Translations under genes and position numbers: made by a program
The notes under the pieces: model-generated
Databases searched by the model: none
What the model saw: the letters and a program-made list of their open reading frames with translations, nothing else
Told to the model about the DNA's origin: nothing
Source of the DNA: a bacterium
GTDB taxonomy: Bacteria; Patescibacteriota; Minisyncoccia; JACQLN01
Reading direction: 5' to 3'
NCBI GenBank assembly: GCA_030697795.1
Contig: JAUYOV010000004.1
Coordinates: forward strand, 211,334-275,333
DNA: 64,000 bases
In this document: one piece after another, positions 9,170 through 17,410 of the stretch
How positions within the stretch are numbered: the stretch's first letter is position 1
Layout of the letters: each line of letters opens with the position of its first letter

Positions 9170-10406
9170 ATTTACTAGCTAAACTTTTAACCTCTTCTCT
9201 TATTTTACCTAAATCTTCTTTATTTTGTAAGGTTTTGTGTATAAGTTCAGCTATTTTTTTCATTTCTTCTTCTTTCATACCCCTCGTAGTTACCGCAGGC
9301 ATACCAATTCTTATGCCCGAAGGATCCCACGGCTTACGCGGATCAAATGGAATCATATTTTTATTAACTACAATGCCCACTTCTTCTAGTTTTTTTCCAG
9401 CCTCGTCACCGGTTAATTTTAAAGGCGTAACATCTACCAACATTAAATGATTATCTGTTCCGCCAGATACCACAGAAAAACCTAGATTAGTTAATTCTGA
9501 AGCTAATGCTTTTGAATTTTTAACAACTTGTTCTGCATATTCTTTGAAATTAGATTGACTAGCTTCTTCTAAAGAAATTCCGATAGCTGCGATCGTATGT
9601 AATTGTGGTCCGCCTTGCAAGCCCGGAAAAACTGCCTTGTCTATATTTTCCGATAATTCTTGTTTAGAAATAATTATGGCACCCCTTGGACCGCGCAAAG
9701 TTTTATGTGTAGTTGTAGTAACAATATCGGCATAAGGCAGTGGCGATGGATGCGCGCCGCCAATAACTAAGCCAGCAATGTGTGATAAATCCACCATCAA
9801 CTTTGCACCAACTGCATCGGCAATTTCTTTAAACTTTTTAAAATCTATTATTCTAGGATATGCTGTGGCGCCCGCCACAATTAGTTTAGGCTTAAATTTT
9901 TTAGCCTGATCCAAAATTAGTTCATAATCCAACAAACCATCTTTGCCTACGCCGTAATGTTCAAATTTAAATAATTTTCCGGTAAAGCTTACTTTATGCC
10001 CATGGGTTAAATGTCCGCCATGTTCTAAAGACATAGCCAAAACCTTATCTCCTAGCTCTAAAACCCCTAAATAGGCGGCCAAATTAGCAATGCTACCCGA
10101 ATAAGGTTGAACATTTACACCCCAGTCATTATTGGATATTCCAAAAACTTTATAAACCAAACTTTTTGTTTCATCTTCTATTTTATCTACAATTTTGTTG
10201 CCAAAATAATAACGCTGGTGCGATTTACCCTCGGCATATTTATTAGTTAAAACTGAACCTAAGGCTAATAAAACATTTTTTGAAACTAAATTTTCCGAAG
10301 GGATTAAATTTATAGTTTCATTTTGACGCTGTTCTTCTTCTTTTAAGAATTTGGCTATATTTGAATCCATCTTATGTAAAAATTTGATACTTCTGAGCGA
10401 CTTCAA
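9153..10406 (-). CDS. glyA: Serine hydroxymethyltransferase
   Basis: 417 aa, SHMT-like along its length, including the PLP-lysine region TTTTHKTLRGPRG. Confidence 0.9.
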   Translation of the reverse strand: MKSLRSIKFLHKMDSNIAKFLKEEEQRQNETINLIPSENLVSKNVLLALGSVLTNKYAEGKSHQRYYFGNKIVDKIEDETKSLVYKVFGISNNDWGVNVQPYSGSIANLAAYLGVLELGDKVLAMSLEHGGHLTHGHKVSFTGKLFKFEHYGVGKDGLLDYELILDQAKKFKPKLIVAGATAYPRIIDFKKFKEIADAVGAKLMVDLSHIAGLVIGGAHPSPLPYADIVTTTTHKTLRGPRGAIIISKQELSENIDKAVFPGLQGGPQLHTIAAIGISLEEASQSNFKEYAEQVVKNSKALASELTNLGFSVVSGGTDNHLMLVDVTPLKLTGDEAGKKLEEVGIVVNKNMIPFDPRKPWDPSGIRIGMPAVTTRGMKEEEMKKIAELIHKTLQNKEDLGKIREEVKSLASKFVFNG

Positions 10407-10429
10407 GGAGGTTCAACTTCTTAAAATAG

Positions 10430-10470
10430 GGAGGATGAAGGTGCTCCTCCTTGCCAGGAGCGAAGAAGTA
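10430..10470. repeat. Small palindromic repeat family, intergenic copy (glyA/tsaC intergenic) with hairpin GGAGGATGAAGGTGCTCCTCC
   Basis: Contains ...CCAGGAGCGAAGAAG. Confidence 0.5.
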
Positions 10471-10483
10471 TTAAATTTTGGAG

Positions 10484-11134
10484 TTATTTAATTTGTATTG
10501 TTTTTAAAATATTTAAAAAATTTTCCTTGTTGGTTGGGTTAATTCGAACGATTCTGGCATTATCCGTGGTTAAATCAATTATGGTGGAAGGATCGGATTC
10601 TGGCAAAACCCCGCCATCAATCACTAAATCCGGTTGCGAATTTTCTCGGCTAAAACGCTCTATAATCTCTTGCGGATCTTGAGACGGCTCTTCGCCCGAA
10701 ATATTGGCGGAAGTTGCAGTAATTGGTCCTTCAAAATCTGTTATAACGCTTTGGCAAAAATAATTATCGGGCATTCTCAAGGCTATAGAACTTCTGCCGG
10801 CGGTAAGCAAAAAAGAAATACTAGGTTTTTTCTTTAATATAAAAGTAAACGGGCCTGGCCAAAAGTTTTTTAATATTTTTTCTCTGGGCTTATCTATAAC
10901 CGCCAGGGCTTTAGCCATACTGATGGAATTTACCATAACCGGCAATGGTTTTTTATCGGAACGTTTTTTAATGGCAAAAATTTTTCTAATGGCATCGTTA
11001 TCAAAAGCATTAACTCCCATACCATAAAGTGTATCCGTGGGATAAACTACTACCCGCCCTTTTAACAACGCTAGCGCAGCTTCTTTAGAGGCCAGTTCCG
11101 GAGAAAAATTGTTTCGAATATCTAAAATTTTCAC
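10484..11134 (-). CDS. tsaC: L-threonylcarbamoyladenylate synthase (YrdC/Sua5 family)
   Basis: YrdC-domain motifs VVVYPTDTLYGMGVNAFD. 216 aa. Confidence 0.8.
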   Translation of the reverse strand: MKILDIRNNFSPELASKEAALALLKGRVVVYPTDTLYGMGVNAFDNDAIRKIFAIKKRSDKKPLPVMVNSISMAKALAVIDKPREKILKNFWPGPFTFILKKKPSISFLLTAGRSSIALRMPDNYFCQSVITDFEGPITATSANISGEEPSQDPQEIIERFSRENSQPDLVIDGGVLPESDPSTIIDLTTDNARIVRINPTNKENFLNILKTIQIK

Positions 11135-11145
11135 GTAATACTAAT

Positions 11146-11243
11146 TTACGAATTTATGCGAATGATACGAATACTATATGCGAATATTTTTATTCGTGCA
11201 TCTATTTGTATAATTCGTATGCATTCGTATATTGGCATTGCAC
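11146..11243 (+). repeat. About 95-bp repeat Y, copy 1 (TACGAAT heptamer array; between the leuS stop and the tsaC start)
   Basis: Homologous to 16283-16367. Four ACGAAT/GCGAAT direct repeats at about 10-bp spacing, then inverted ATTCGTAT copies. Confidence 0.8.
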
Positions 11244-13729
11244 TATACCACGAAGTTAATAAACCTGTCTTTAATAAAAATAACTTTTTTTACGGGGGAG
11301 ACAAGATACTTAGAAATATTTTTGTTGTTTTTAGCCGCCGTTTCAACCTCTTTTTGAGAAGAATCTGCTGGCATTTTAATAACCGCGCGCATTCTGGCAT
11401 TAACCTGCACTACTATGTCTACCTCCTTGTCTTTGACCAGTTTAACGTCAAACTTTGGCCAAGGCGCTATATGAATAGATTTTTTATTCTTTAAAATTTC
11501 TCTAAATATTTCCTCGCTCATATGTGGTGCAAAAGGCGCTAAAATCTTAGCAAAAATTTCTAGTTCGCTTTTGCCAACAGATTCTATATTGGCTTCAAAT
11601 TCATTTAACAAAACCATTAAAGCCGAGACCGAAGTATTGTAATTTAAATTTTCTAAATCTTCTGTAACTTTTTTGATTGTCTTGTGTATCTTTGTTTGTA
11701 TATTGGAATTTGCTTGCCCTTCCGAAGCTCTGAAAGAGCGAAGGAGGGTGATTTGTTTAGAAATTAGAAATTGGGAATTAGAAATTTTCCAGATTCTTTC
11801 CAAGAATCTGATTATCCCTTTTATACCACCATCTCTAAAATCACCACCTTGATCGAACGGACCCAAAAACATTAAGTACATTCTTAAAACATCGGCGCCG
11901 TAATTTTTAATATATTCGTCGGGATTAACCACATTCCCCTTGGATTTTGACATTTTAGCGCCATCTTTTATTAACAAACCGTGGGCACGGAATTTTTTAA
12001 ATGGTTCGTCAAAATTAGTTAAACGCAGGTCCTTGAATACCATTGCTAAAAAACGCACATACAATAAATGCAAAACAGAATGCTCCGCGCCACCAATATA
12101 CATATCTACCGGGCACCATTTTTTAGTTACAGATTGATCCCAAGCGTATTTCTTTTCTTTAACAGAAGCATAACGCAAATAATACCAAGCCGAATCTAAG
12201 AAAGTATCGGAAACATCGGTCTCGCGTCTCGCCATACCTTCGCATTTAGGGCATTTAACTTTATAAAATTTTTCATCGGCCGCTAAAGGCGACTGGCTCG
12301 TACCAGTTGGCCTAAAGTTTTTTATGTAAGGCAATCTAACCGGTAAATCTTTTTCGGGCACCACAACCCAACCTGGATTTTCCAACTCTCCCAAATTAAA
12401 TTCTCCCTTATTTTTGAGATTTGATTTTTGAGATTTGATTTTTTCTGCGCAGTTTTCACAGAAAACAAGCGGTATAGGCGCACCCCAATAACGCTGTCTG
12501 GAAATTAGCCAGTCACGAAGCCGGAATTGAATTGTTTTTTTACCTCCACTCTTTTTTATTCCTTCTTCAATAGAGACTAAAGGTGCGCTACTCACTGGTA
12601 ATTTGAATTTTTGGGCAAATTCTAAATCACGCTCATCGTGCGCTGGAACACCCATAACTGCGCCTGTGCCGTAACCTGCTAAAACATAATCCGAAATCCA
12701 AACCGGAACTTTTTCGTTGTTGGCTGGGTTAATGGCCGAGATACCAGAAAAAACTCCTGTTTTTTCTGGACCCCGACCCTCATGAGGCGTCGGGGTTATA
12801 TTATTTTTTATATACTCCCTGACCTCATTCGGCGCTTGCCAGCCGATATCTAACCAAGACTTTGCTTTCTCGGGCGAAATTGCAATAAACGTTACACCAA
12901 AAACTGTATCTGGGCGTGTAGTAAAAACTTCCAAATACGCCGATTCACGCTGATCTGACGCAGATTTACGCAGAAAAATTCCGCGTTGATCCGCGTTAAT
13001 TTCCGCGTTGATCCGCGTAAGGGGAAATTTTATAGAAGCACCTTCCGATTTACCTATCCAATTTTTTTGAGCTATTTTTACTTTTTCGCTCCAATCTATT
13101 TTATCTAAACCTTTTAAAAGTTTATCGGCGTATTTAGTTATTCTAAAAAACCATTGCTCTAATTCTTTTTTAATAACTTTAGTATTACATCTTTCACATT
13201 CACCACTTATTACTTGTTCATCGGCTAAAACTGTTAAACACGAAGGGCACCAATTAACCGCCGATTTTTTGCGGTAAGCCAAACCATTTTTATATAACTG
13301 AATAAAAATCCATTGAGTCCATTTATAATATTCAGGGTCGTAAGTTTCTAGTTTTTCGTGCCAAGCAAAACCATTGCCTATCATTTGCAGTTGGCGATAA
13401 AAATTTTTCTCGGAAACTCTGGCTTGATCCATCGGGTGTTCGCCAATTTTTAAAGCGTAGTTTTCGGAATGTATGCCAAAACCATCTAAACCAATCGGCT
13501 CAAAAACGTTATAGCCCTGCATTCTTTTAAATCGCCCGTAAATATCGCTCCCCACAAAAGCGTACACATTACCCACGTGTAAGCCTTCAGCTGAAGGATA
13601 TGGAAACATCATTAGGTTATAGAAAGGATTCTTAGCGTTTTTAAGATCCGGTTCGTAAACCTTCTCGGCCAGCCATTTTTTGCGCCATTTAGATTCTACT
13701 CTCTTGTGGTTGTATTTAGCCATTTGCAT
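11243..13729 (-). CDS. leuS: Leucyl-tRNA synthetase, carrying several low-complexity or repeat-derived in-frame insertions
   Basis: HIGH-type motif HVGNVYAF; KMSKS; editing-domain TTRPDT. Inserts at about 11717-11750, 12410-12450 and 12979-13023. Confidence 0.9.
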   Translation of the reverse strand: MQMAKYNHKRVESKWRKKWLAEKVYEPDLKNAKNPFYNLMMFPYPSAEGLHVGNVYAFVGSDIYGRFKRMQGYNVFEPIGLDGFGIHSENYALKIGEHPMDQARVSEKNFYRQLQMIGNGFAWHEKLETYDPEYYKWTQWIFIQLYKNGLAYRKKSAVNWCPSCLTVLADEQVISGECERCNTKVIKKELEQWFFRITKYADKLLKGLDKIDWSEKVKIAQKNWIGKSEGASIKFPLTRINAEINADQRGIFLRKSASDQRESAYLEVFTTRPDTVFGVTFIAISPEKAKSWLDIGWQAPNEVREYIKNNITPTPHEGRGPEKTGVFSGISAINPANNEKVPVWISDYVLAGYGTGAVMGVPAHDERDLEFAQKFKLPVSSAPLVSIEEGIKKSGGKKTIQFRLRDWLISRQRYWGAPIPLVFCENCAEKIKSQKSNLKNKGEFNLGELENPGWVVVPEKDLPVRLPYIKNFRPTGTSQSPLAADEKFYKVKCPKCEGMARRETDVSDTFLDSAWYYLRYASVKEKKYAWDQSVTKKWCPVDMYIGGAEHSVLHLLYVRFLAMVFKDLRLTNFDEPFKKFRAHGLLIKDGAKMSKSKGNVVNPDEYIKNYGADVLRMYLMFLGPFDQGGDFRDGGIKGIIRFLERIWKISNSQFLISKQITLLRSFRASEGQANSNIQTKIHKTIKKVTEDLENLNYNTSVSALMVLLNEFEANIESVGKSELEIFAKILAPFAPHMSEEIFREILKNKKSIHIAPWPKFDVKLVKDKEVDIVVQVNARMRAVIKMPADSSQKEVETAAKNNKNISKYLVSPVKKVIFIKDRFINFVV
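11717..11750. repeat. Small palindromic repeat family (core CGAAGCTYTRAGCGAAGGAGG), copy in frame inside leuS
   Basis: Shares the core with copies at 10430-10470, 14263-14293, 35714-35770, 41711-41776 and 53781-53812. Confidence 0.7.
12979..13023. repeat. ATCCGCG-unit GC-rich repeat (TTCCGCGTTGATCCGCGTTAATTTCCGCGTTGATCCGCG) in frame inside leuS
   Basis: Related copies lie in ileS (34941-35009) and polX (48637-48676). All three are in minus-strand genes. Confidence 0.7.
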
Positions 13730-13793
13730 CTACTTAAAATAGCGAAAAAGAAGGTTTAAAGCAAGAAAACCTGCTTAAAAAGCATGCGGCAAA

Positions 13794-14690
13794 TTAAATC
13801 CCAAAAATAGCGCGGGTGTTTTCAACAGTATGATGAGAAACTTCTTCAAAATCAATGCCTTTTATTTCGCCGATTTTTTTGGCTACTTCTATAACATAGG
13901 CGGGCTCGTTGCGTTGCCCGCGATAAGGCGCGGGCGTGACATAAGGCGCATCGGTTTCTAATAAAATTCTATTTACCGGAACTGTTTTTATAATTTCATC
14001 GTAATCGCGAGTAAAGGTTACTACACCGCCAAACGTAAAATAAAAACCCATATCCAAAAGCATGGTCGCTTGTTTTATGTTGCCACTAAAGAAATGGATA
14101 ATACCGGGGATAATTTGTAGCTTGGAGCTATTAGCTTTTAAGGTATCTATCAAATCATCAAAAGCTTCGCGGCAATGAATCATTAAAGGCTTTTTGACTT
14201 CGTGAGCTAATTCTATATGCTTTATAAAAGTTAGTTTTTGTTTTTCCTGGCGTAGCTCAACTGATCCGCCTTCGCTAAAAGCTTCGGCGGATGCTCGATT
14301 TTGCAATCTCTCACTCCGTTCGCGAGCAAAATCGGCATAATAATCTAAACCACATTCACCAATCGCCACAACTTTTGGATGTAAAGCTAATTTTTTATAT
14401 TCTTCGTAATCAAAAACTTCGCCTCTACTAGTAAATTCCATTCCTCCTTCACCAAGCTCAGCTTGGTCGTGGAAAGATTTATCGGTATGCACCGGATGCA
14501 AACCGACCGTGGCATAAACACCTTCGTTATATTTTTCGGCAAGTTTGATTGCTTCAAGAGAAGTATCTAGCTGTGTGCCAACATTTACCAGCCAAATTCC
14601 AGCATCTAAAGATCTTTTAATAACTTCGTCTCTATCGTCTTTATAGGCTGCAAATTGAATATGGGTATGTGCGTCTATTAGTTTTGGCAT
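13794..14690 (-). CDS. tatD: TatD-family metal-dependent hydrolase/DNase, with an in-frame repeat insertion
   Basis: N-terminus IDAHTHIQF and conserved TatD His/Asp/Glu ligands. Insert of about 45 aa (SERLQNRASAEAFSEGG...) contains a copy of the small palindromic repeat. Confidence 0.8.
   Translation of the reverse strand: MPKLIDAHTHIQFAAYKDDRDEVIKRSLDAGIWLVNVGTQLDTSLEAIKLAEKYNEGVYATVGLHPVHTDKSFHDQAELGEGGMEFTSRGEVFDYEEYKKLALHPKVVAIGECGLDYYADFARERSERLQNRASAEAFSEGGSVELRQEKQKLTFIKHIELAHEVKKPLMIHCREAFDDLIDTLKANSSKLQIIPGIIHFFSGNIKQATMLLDMGFYFTFGGVVTFTRDYDEIIKTVPVNRILLETDAPYVTPAPYRGQRNEPAYVIEVAKKIGEIKGIDFEEVSHHTVENTRAIFGI
14263..14293. repeat. Small palindromic repeat family, copy in frame inside tatD (reverse orientation CTTCGCTAAAAGCTTCGG)
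   Basis: Reverse complement of the CGAAGCTTTAGCGAAG core. Confidence 0.6.
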
Positions 14691-14707
14691 GTTTTTGAGA
14701 AAAAAAT

Positions 14708-14785
14708 ATCATTCCGAACAGCATTATGGAGAAGACTAATTTATAAATAAAGAGGCTCCATATCGTCTGTGAGGAATGATATTTT
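14708..14785 (+). repeat. About 78-bp structured repeat X, copy 1 (upstream of tatD)
   Basis: About 90% identical to 29077-29157. Nested inverted repeats (TCATTCC/GGAATGA; ATGGAG/CTCCAT). Confidence 0.8.
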
Positions 14786-14787
14786 TA

Positions 14788-16269
14788 CTAGTTTAATCTA
14801 GGAAACAAATTCTCGCCTTTCTTAAAGTTTATTGCGGATTCTGTAAACCAGATTTGTTTTCTAATTTTTTCGCCTGTTTCTGGTAAAAATGGTTCAACCA
14901 AATTTAGTATAACACCTAGCAAGTAGCCAGAATTAGCCATAACTTTCCTAAGATTTTCAGTTGAAACCACGTTTGACGTGGCGTCTTTAATTTCCCAAGG
15001 TTTTTTATCGTTAATATATTTATCGGCAAAAGAAACCAAACCCCAAACATTTATTAAAGCTTCGTGTAATTTAATTTCGTCTAAAGAAGATTCATATGCT
15101 TTATAAAAATCGTTGCAAGCTTTTTTAACTTCTGGTTCTATATCCGTAGCAAAATCAAACTTTACCGGGTTTATTTTTTCGCCCAAAGTAACTGTGCGCG
15201 CTACCAAATTTCCTAAACCATTAGCTAAGTCTGCGGAATATCTATCTTCAAACTTTCTTAAACTAAAATCTCCGTCATCGTAAGAAGGAATTTCTCGTAA
15301 AAGATAGTAACGTAACGCATCTGTGCCATATTTTTGAACCAGTGGCACAGGATCCACAATATTACCCAAACTTTTAGACATCTTTTGCCCTTCCACCGAA
15401 ATAAAACCATGAACAAAAATAGCTTGGGGTAATGGCAAACTAGCCGATAAAAGTATACCCGGCCAAATAGCCGCATGAAAACGTAAAATATCTTTGCCTA
15501 CAACTTGAAGATCGGCTGGCCAAAGTTTTTTAAATTGCTCGGTTTCATCGCCATAGCCAATAGCTGTAATGTAATTAGCTAAAGCATCACACCAGACGTA
15601 TATAACTTGGTCGGGATCGCCAGGCACCGGTACGCCCCACGGCAAATCTTTTTTAGGCCTAGAAAAGCTAACATCCTCTAAACCAGATTCTATAAAAGAT
15701 AAAATTTCATTTTTACGAGATTCGGGAATTATTTTTAATTCGTCATTTTTAATTTTAGAAGCAATCTGGCTTTGATATTTTGAAAGCCTAAAAAACCAGT
15801 TTTCTTGTTCTACTGTTTCTGGTGCTTTTTGGTGATCGGGGCATTTACCATCCACCAAATCTTTTTCTGTTTTAAAAGATTCGCAACCCACGCAATAAAG
15901 CCCGTTGTATTTTTTCTTATAGATATCACCGGCTTCCGAAAGTTCCTGCCATAATTTTTGAACACCTGGCCAATGAACTTCTTGATCGGTTGTTCTAATA
16001 AACCCATCCCAAGAAAGATTTAAAACATTTTTTAACTGTTTAAAATATTCTGCGTTTTCGTTTACAAATTCCTGTGCATTTTTATTCTCTCTTTCGGCTG
16101 CGCGAAAAATCTTAACACCGTGTTCGTCGGTACCCGTTAAAAAGAAAACTTCATCACCTTTTATTCTGTGATAACGCGCCAAAACATCCGCTTGAATCTT
16201 TTCTAAAGCGTGTCCAATGTGCGGTTTCGCATTAACATAATCAATGGCGGTTGTAATATAAAACTTCAT
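14788..16269 (-). CDS. metG: Methionyl-tRNA synthetase (short form, no C-terminal tRNA-binding domain)
   Basis: HIGH motif PHIGHALE and KMSKS; Met-RS catalytic core. 493 aa. Confidence 0.9.
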   Translation of the reverse strand: MKFYITTAIDYVNAKPHIGHALEKIQADVLARYHRIKGDEVFFLTGTDEHGVKIFRAAERENKNAQEFVNENAEYFKQLKNVLNLSWDGFIRTTDQEVHWPGVQKLWQELSEAGDIYKKKYNGLYCVGCESFKTEKDLVDGKCPDHQKAPETVEQENWFFRLSKYQSQIASKIKNDELKIIPESRKNEILSFIESGLEDVSFSRPKKDLPWGVPVPGDPDQVIYVWCDALANYITAIGYGDETEQFKKLWPADLQVVGKDILRFHAAIWPGILLSASLPLPQAIFVHGFISVEGQKMSKSLGNIVDPVPLVQKYGTDALRYYLLREIPSYDDGDFSLRKFEDRYSADLANGLGNLVARTVTLGEKINPVKFDFATDIEPEVKKACNDFYKAYESSLDEIKLHEALINVWGLVSFADKYINDKKPWEIKDATSNVVSTENLRKVMANSGYLLGVILNLVEPFLPETGEKIRKQIWFTESAINFKKGENLFPRLN

Positions 16270-16282
16270 AAGTATACTAATC

Positions 16283-16367
16283 TACGAATCTATGCGAATT
16301 ATACGAATGGATTTAACGAATATTTGTAACTTATTTGTATCATTCGTATCCATTTGTATATTGGCAT
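16283..16367 (+). repeat. About 85-bp repeat Y, copy 2 (immediately upstream of the metG start)
   Basis: See copy 1. Confidence 0.8.
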
Positions 16368-16369
16368 AT

Positions 16370-17410
16370 TTAATTTTCTTCGTGATGATGTCCAAAATCT
16401 TTTATAATTTCCACTAAAACTACAGCTACCGGCACCGCAAGAATTATGCCCGGTATGCCAAAAAGTTCACCACCCACCAGCAAAGAAATTATAACGATAA
16501 CCGGGTTAAGACCGATAACTCGGTTCATTATATTAGGCACAAAAACATGATTTTCTAACTGGTGCACAATAGTGTAAACAAGAAGCACCCAAAGGGCTAC
16601 TATGGGCGATTTTAATAAACCCAAAATTACAGCAGGCACCGCGGCCAGTACCGGCCCAAATATTGGAATAATTTCCATAATACCTGCCACCAAAGCCAAG
16701 AGAACTCTGTGATTAATTCCAAAAATCAAAAGCCCAATATAAATTAAAACGCCAACTATTAAACTAAGCACCAACTGCGCTTGCAACCAACGGCCCAGTT
16801 TGTATTGAGCGCGAGACCATAAACCCAAAACATAGGGCTGTTTTTCTTTGGGTGTAACCGCACGCAAAAACATACTAATACCGTGTTCTTGGGCCGCTAA
16901 ATAAAAAGAAATAACAATAACAAAACCTGCAGAAATAAATCCGCCAAAAATTCCGCTGGTAGCTCCAAAAATATTTCCAGAAACATGCGCCAGATCGTTA
17001 CTGATAGCCACCAGATTATCTTGGACCTTGTTTAACAATTGTTCATACTGTGGCGCAGAATCTCTTATGACCTTAAAAAAACCATTCACCTTATCAAAGT
17101 AAACCGGCACAGTTAAAGAAAGATTGCCTAATTCGTCCGACAAAGGAGAAATTATAAAATAAAGTATTGTGCCCAGTACCAAGAATGCTAAAAGGTAAAT
17201 AACAAAAACACCCAAGGTTCTGGGAATGCCTTTGCCCTGAAAATAATTAGCCAGAGGTGTCACCGCCGCCGCAATTATTATAGAAAACAAAAGCACCGCT
17301 ATGACGTCGCGGATTAAATAAACTAAGGCTAAACCCAGCACAATAGCAAAACCACGGAGTAGGGTTTCCGTGTTTATGCTGATATCGGTATGAGCTAACG
17401 GAGATTTCAA
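16370..17410 (-). CDS. AI-2E family (UPF0118/PerM-like) transporter
   Basis: 346 aa, about 8 TM helices. Topology and length fit the AI-2E family. Confidence 0.6.
   Translation of the reverse strand: MKSPLAHTDISINTETLLRGFAIVLGLALVYLIRDVIAVLLFSIIIAAAVTPLANYFQGKGIPRTLGVFVIYLLAFLVLGTILYFIISPLSDELGNLSLTVPVYFDKVNGFFKVIRDSAPQYEQLLNKVQDNLVAISNDLAHVSGNIFGATSGIFGGFISAGFVIVISFYLAAQEHGISMFLRAVTPKEKQPYVLGLWSRAQYKLGRWLQAQLVLSLIVGVLIYIGLLIFGINHRVLLALVAGIMEIIPIFGPVLAAVPAVILGLLKSPIVALWVLLVYTIVHQLENHVFVPNIMNRVIGLNPVIVIISLLVGGELFGIPGIILAVPVAVVLVEIIKDFGHHHEEN

Noticed and set aside
11146-11243. T-box leader upstream of aaRS genes
   Set aside because: Repeat Y is only about 90 bp, lacks the T-box consensus and specifier/antiterminator structure, and one copy is upstream of tsaC, which is not an aaRS.
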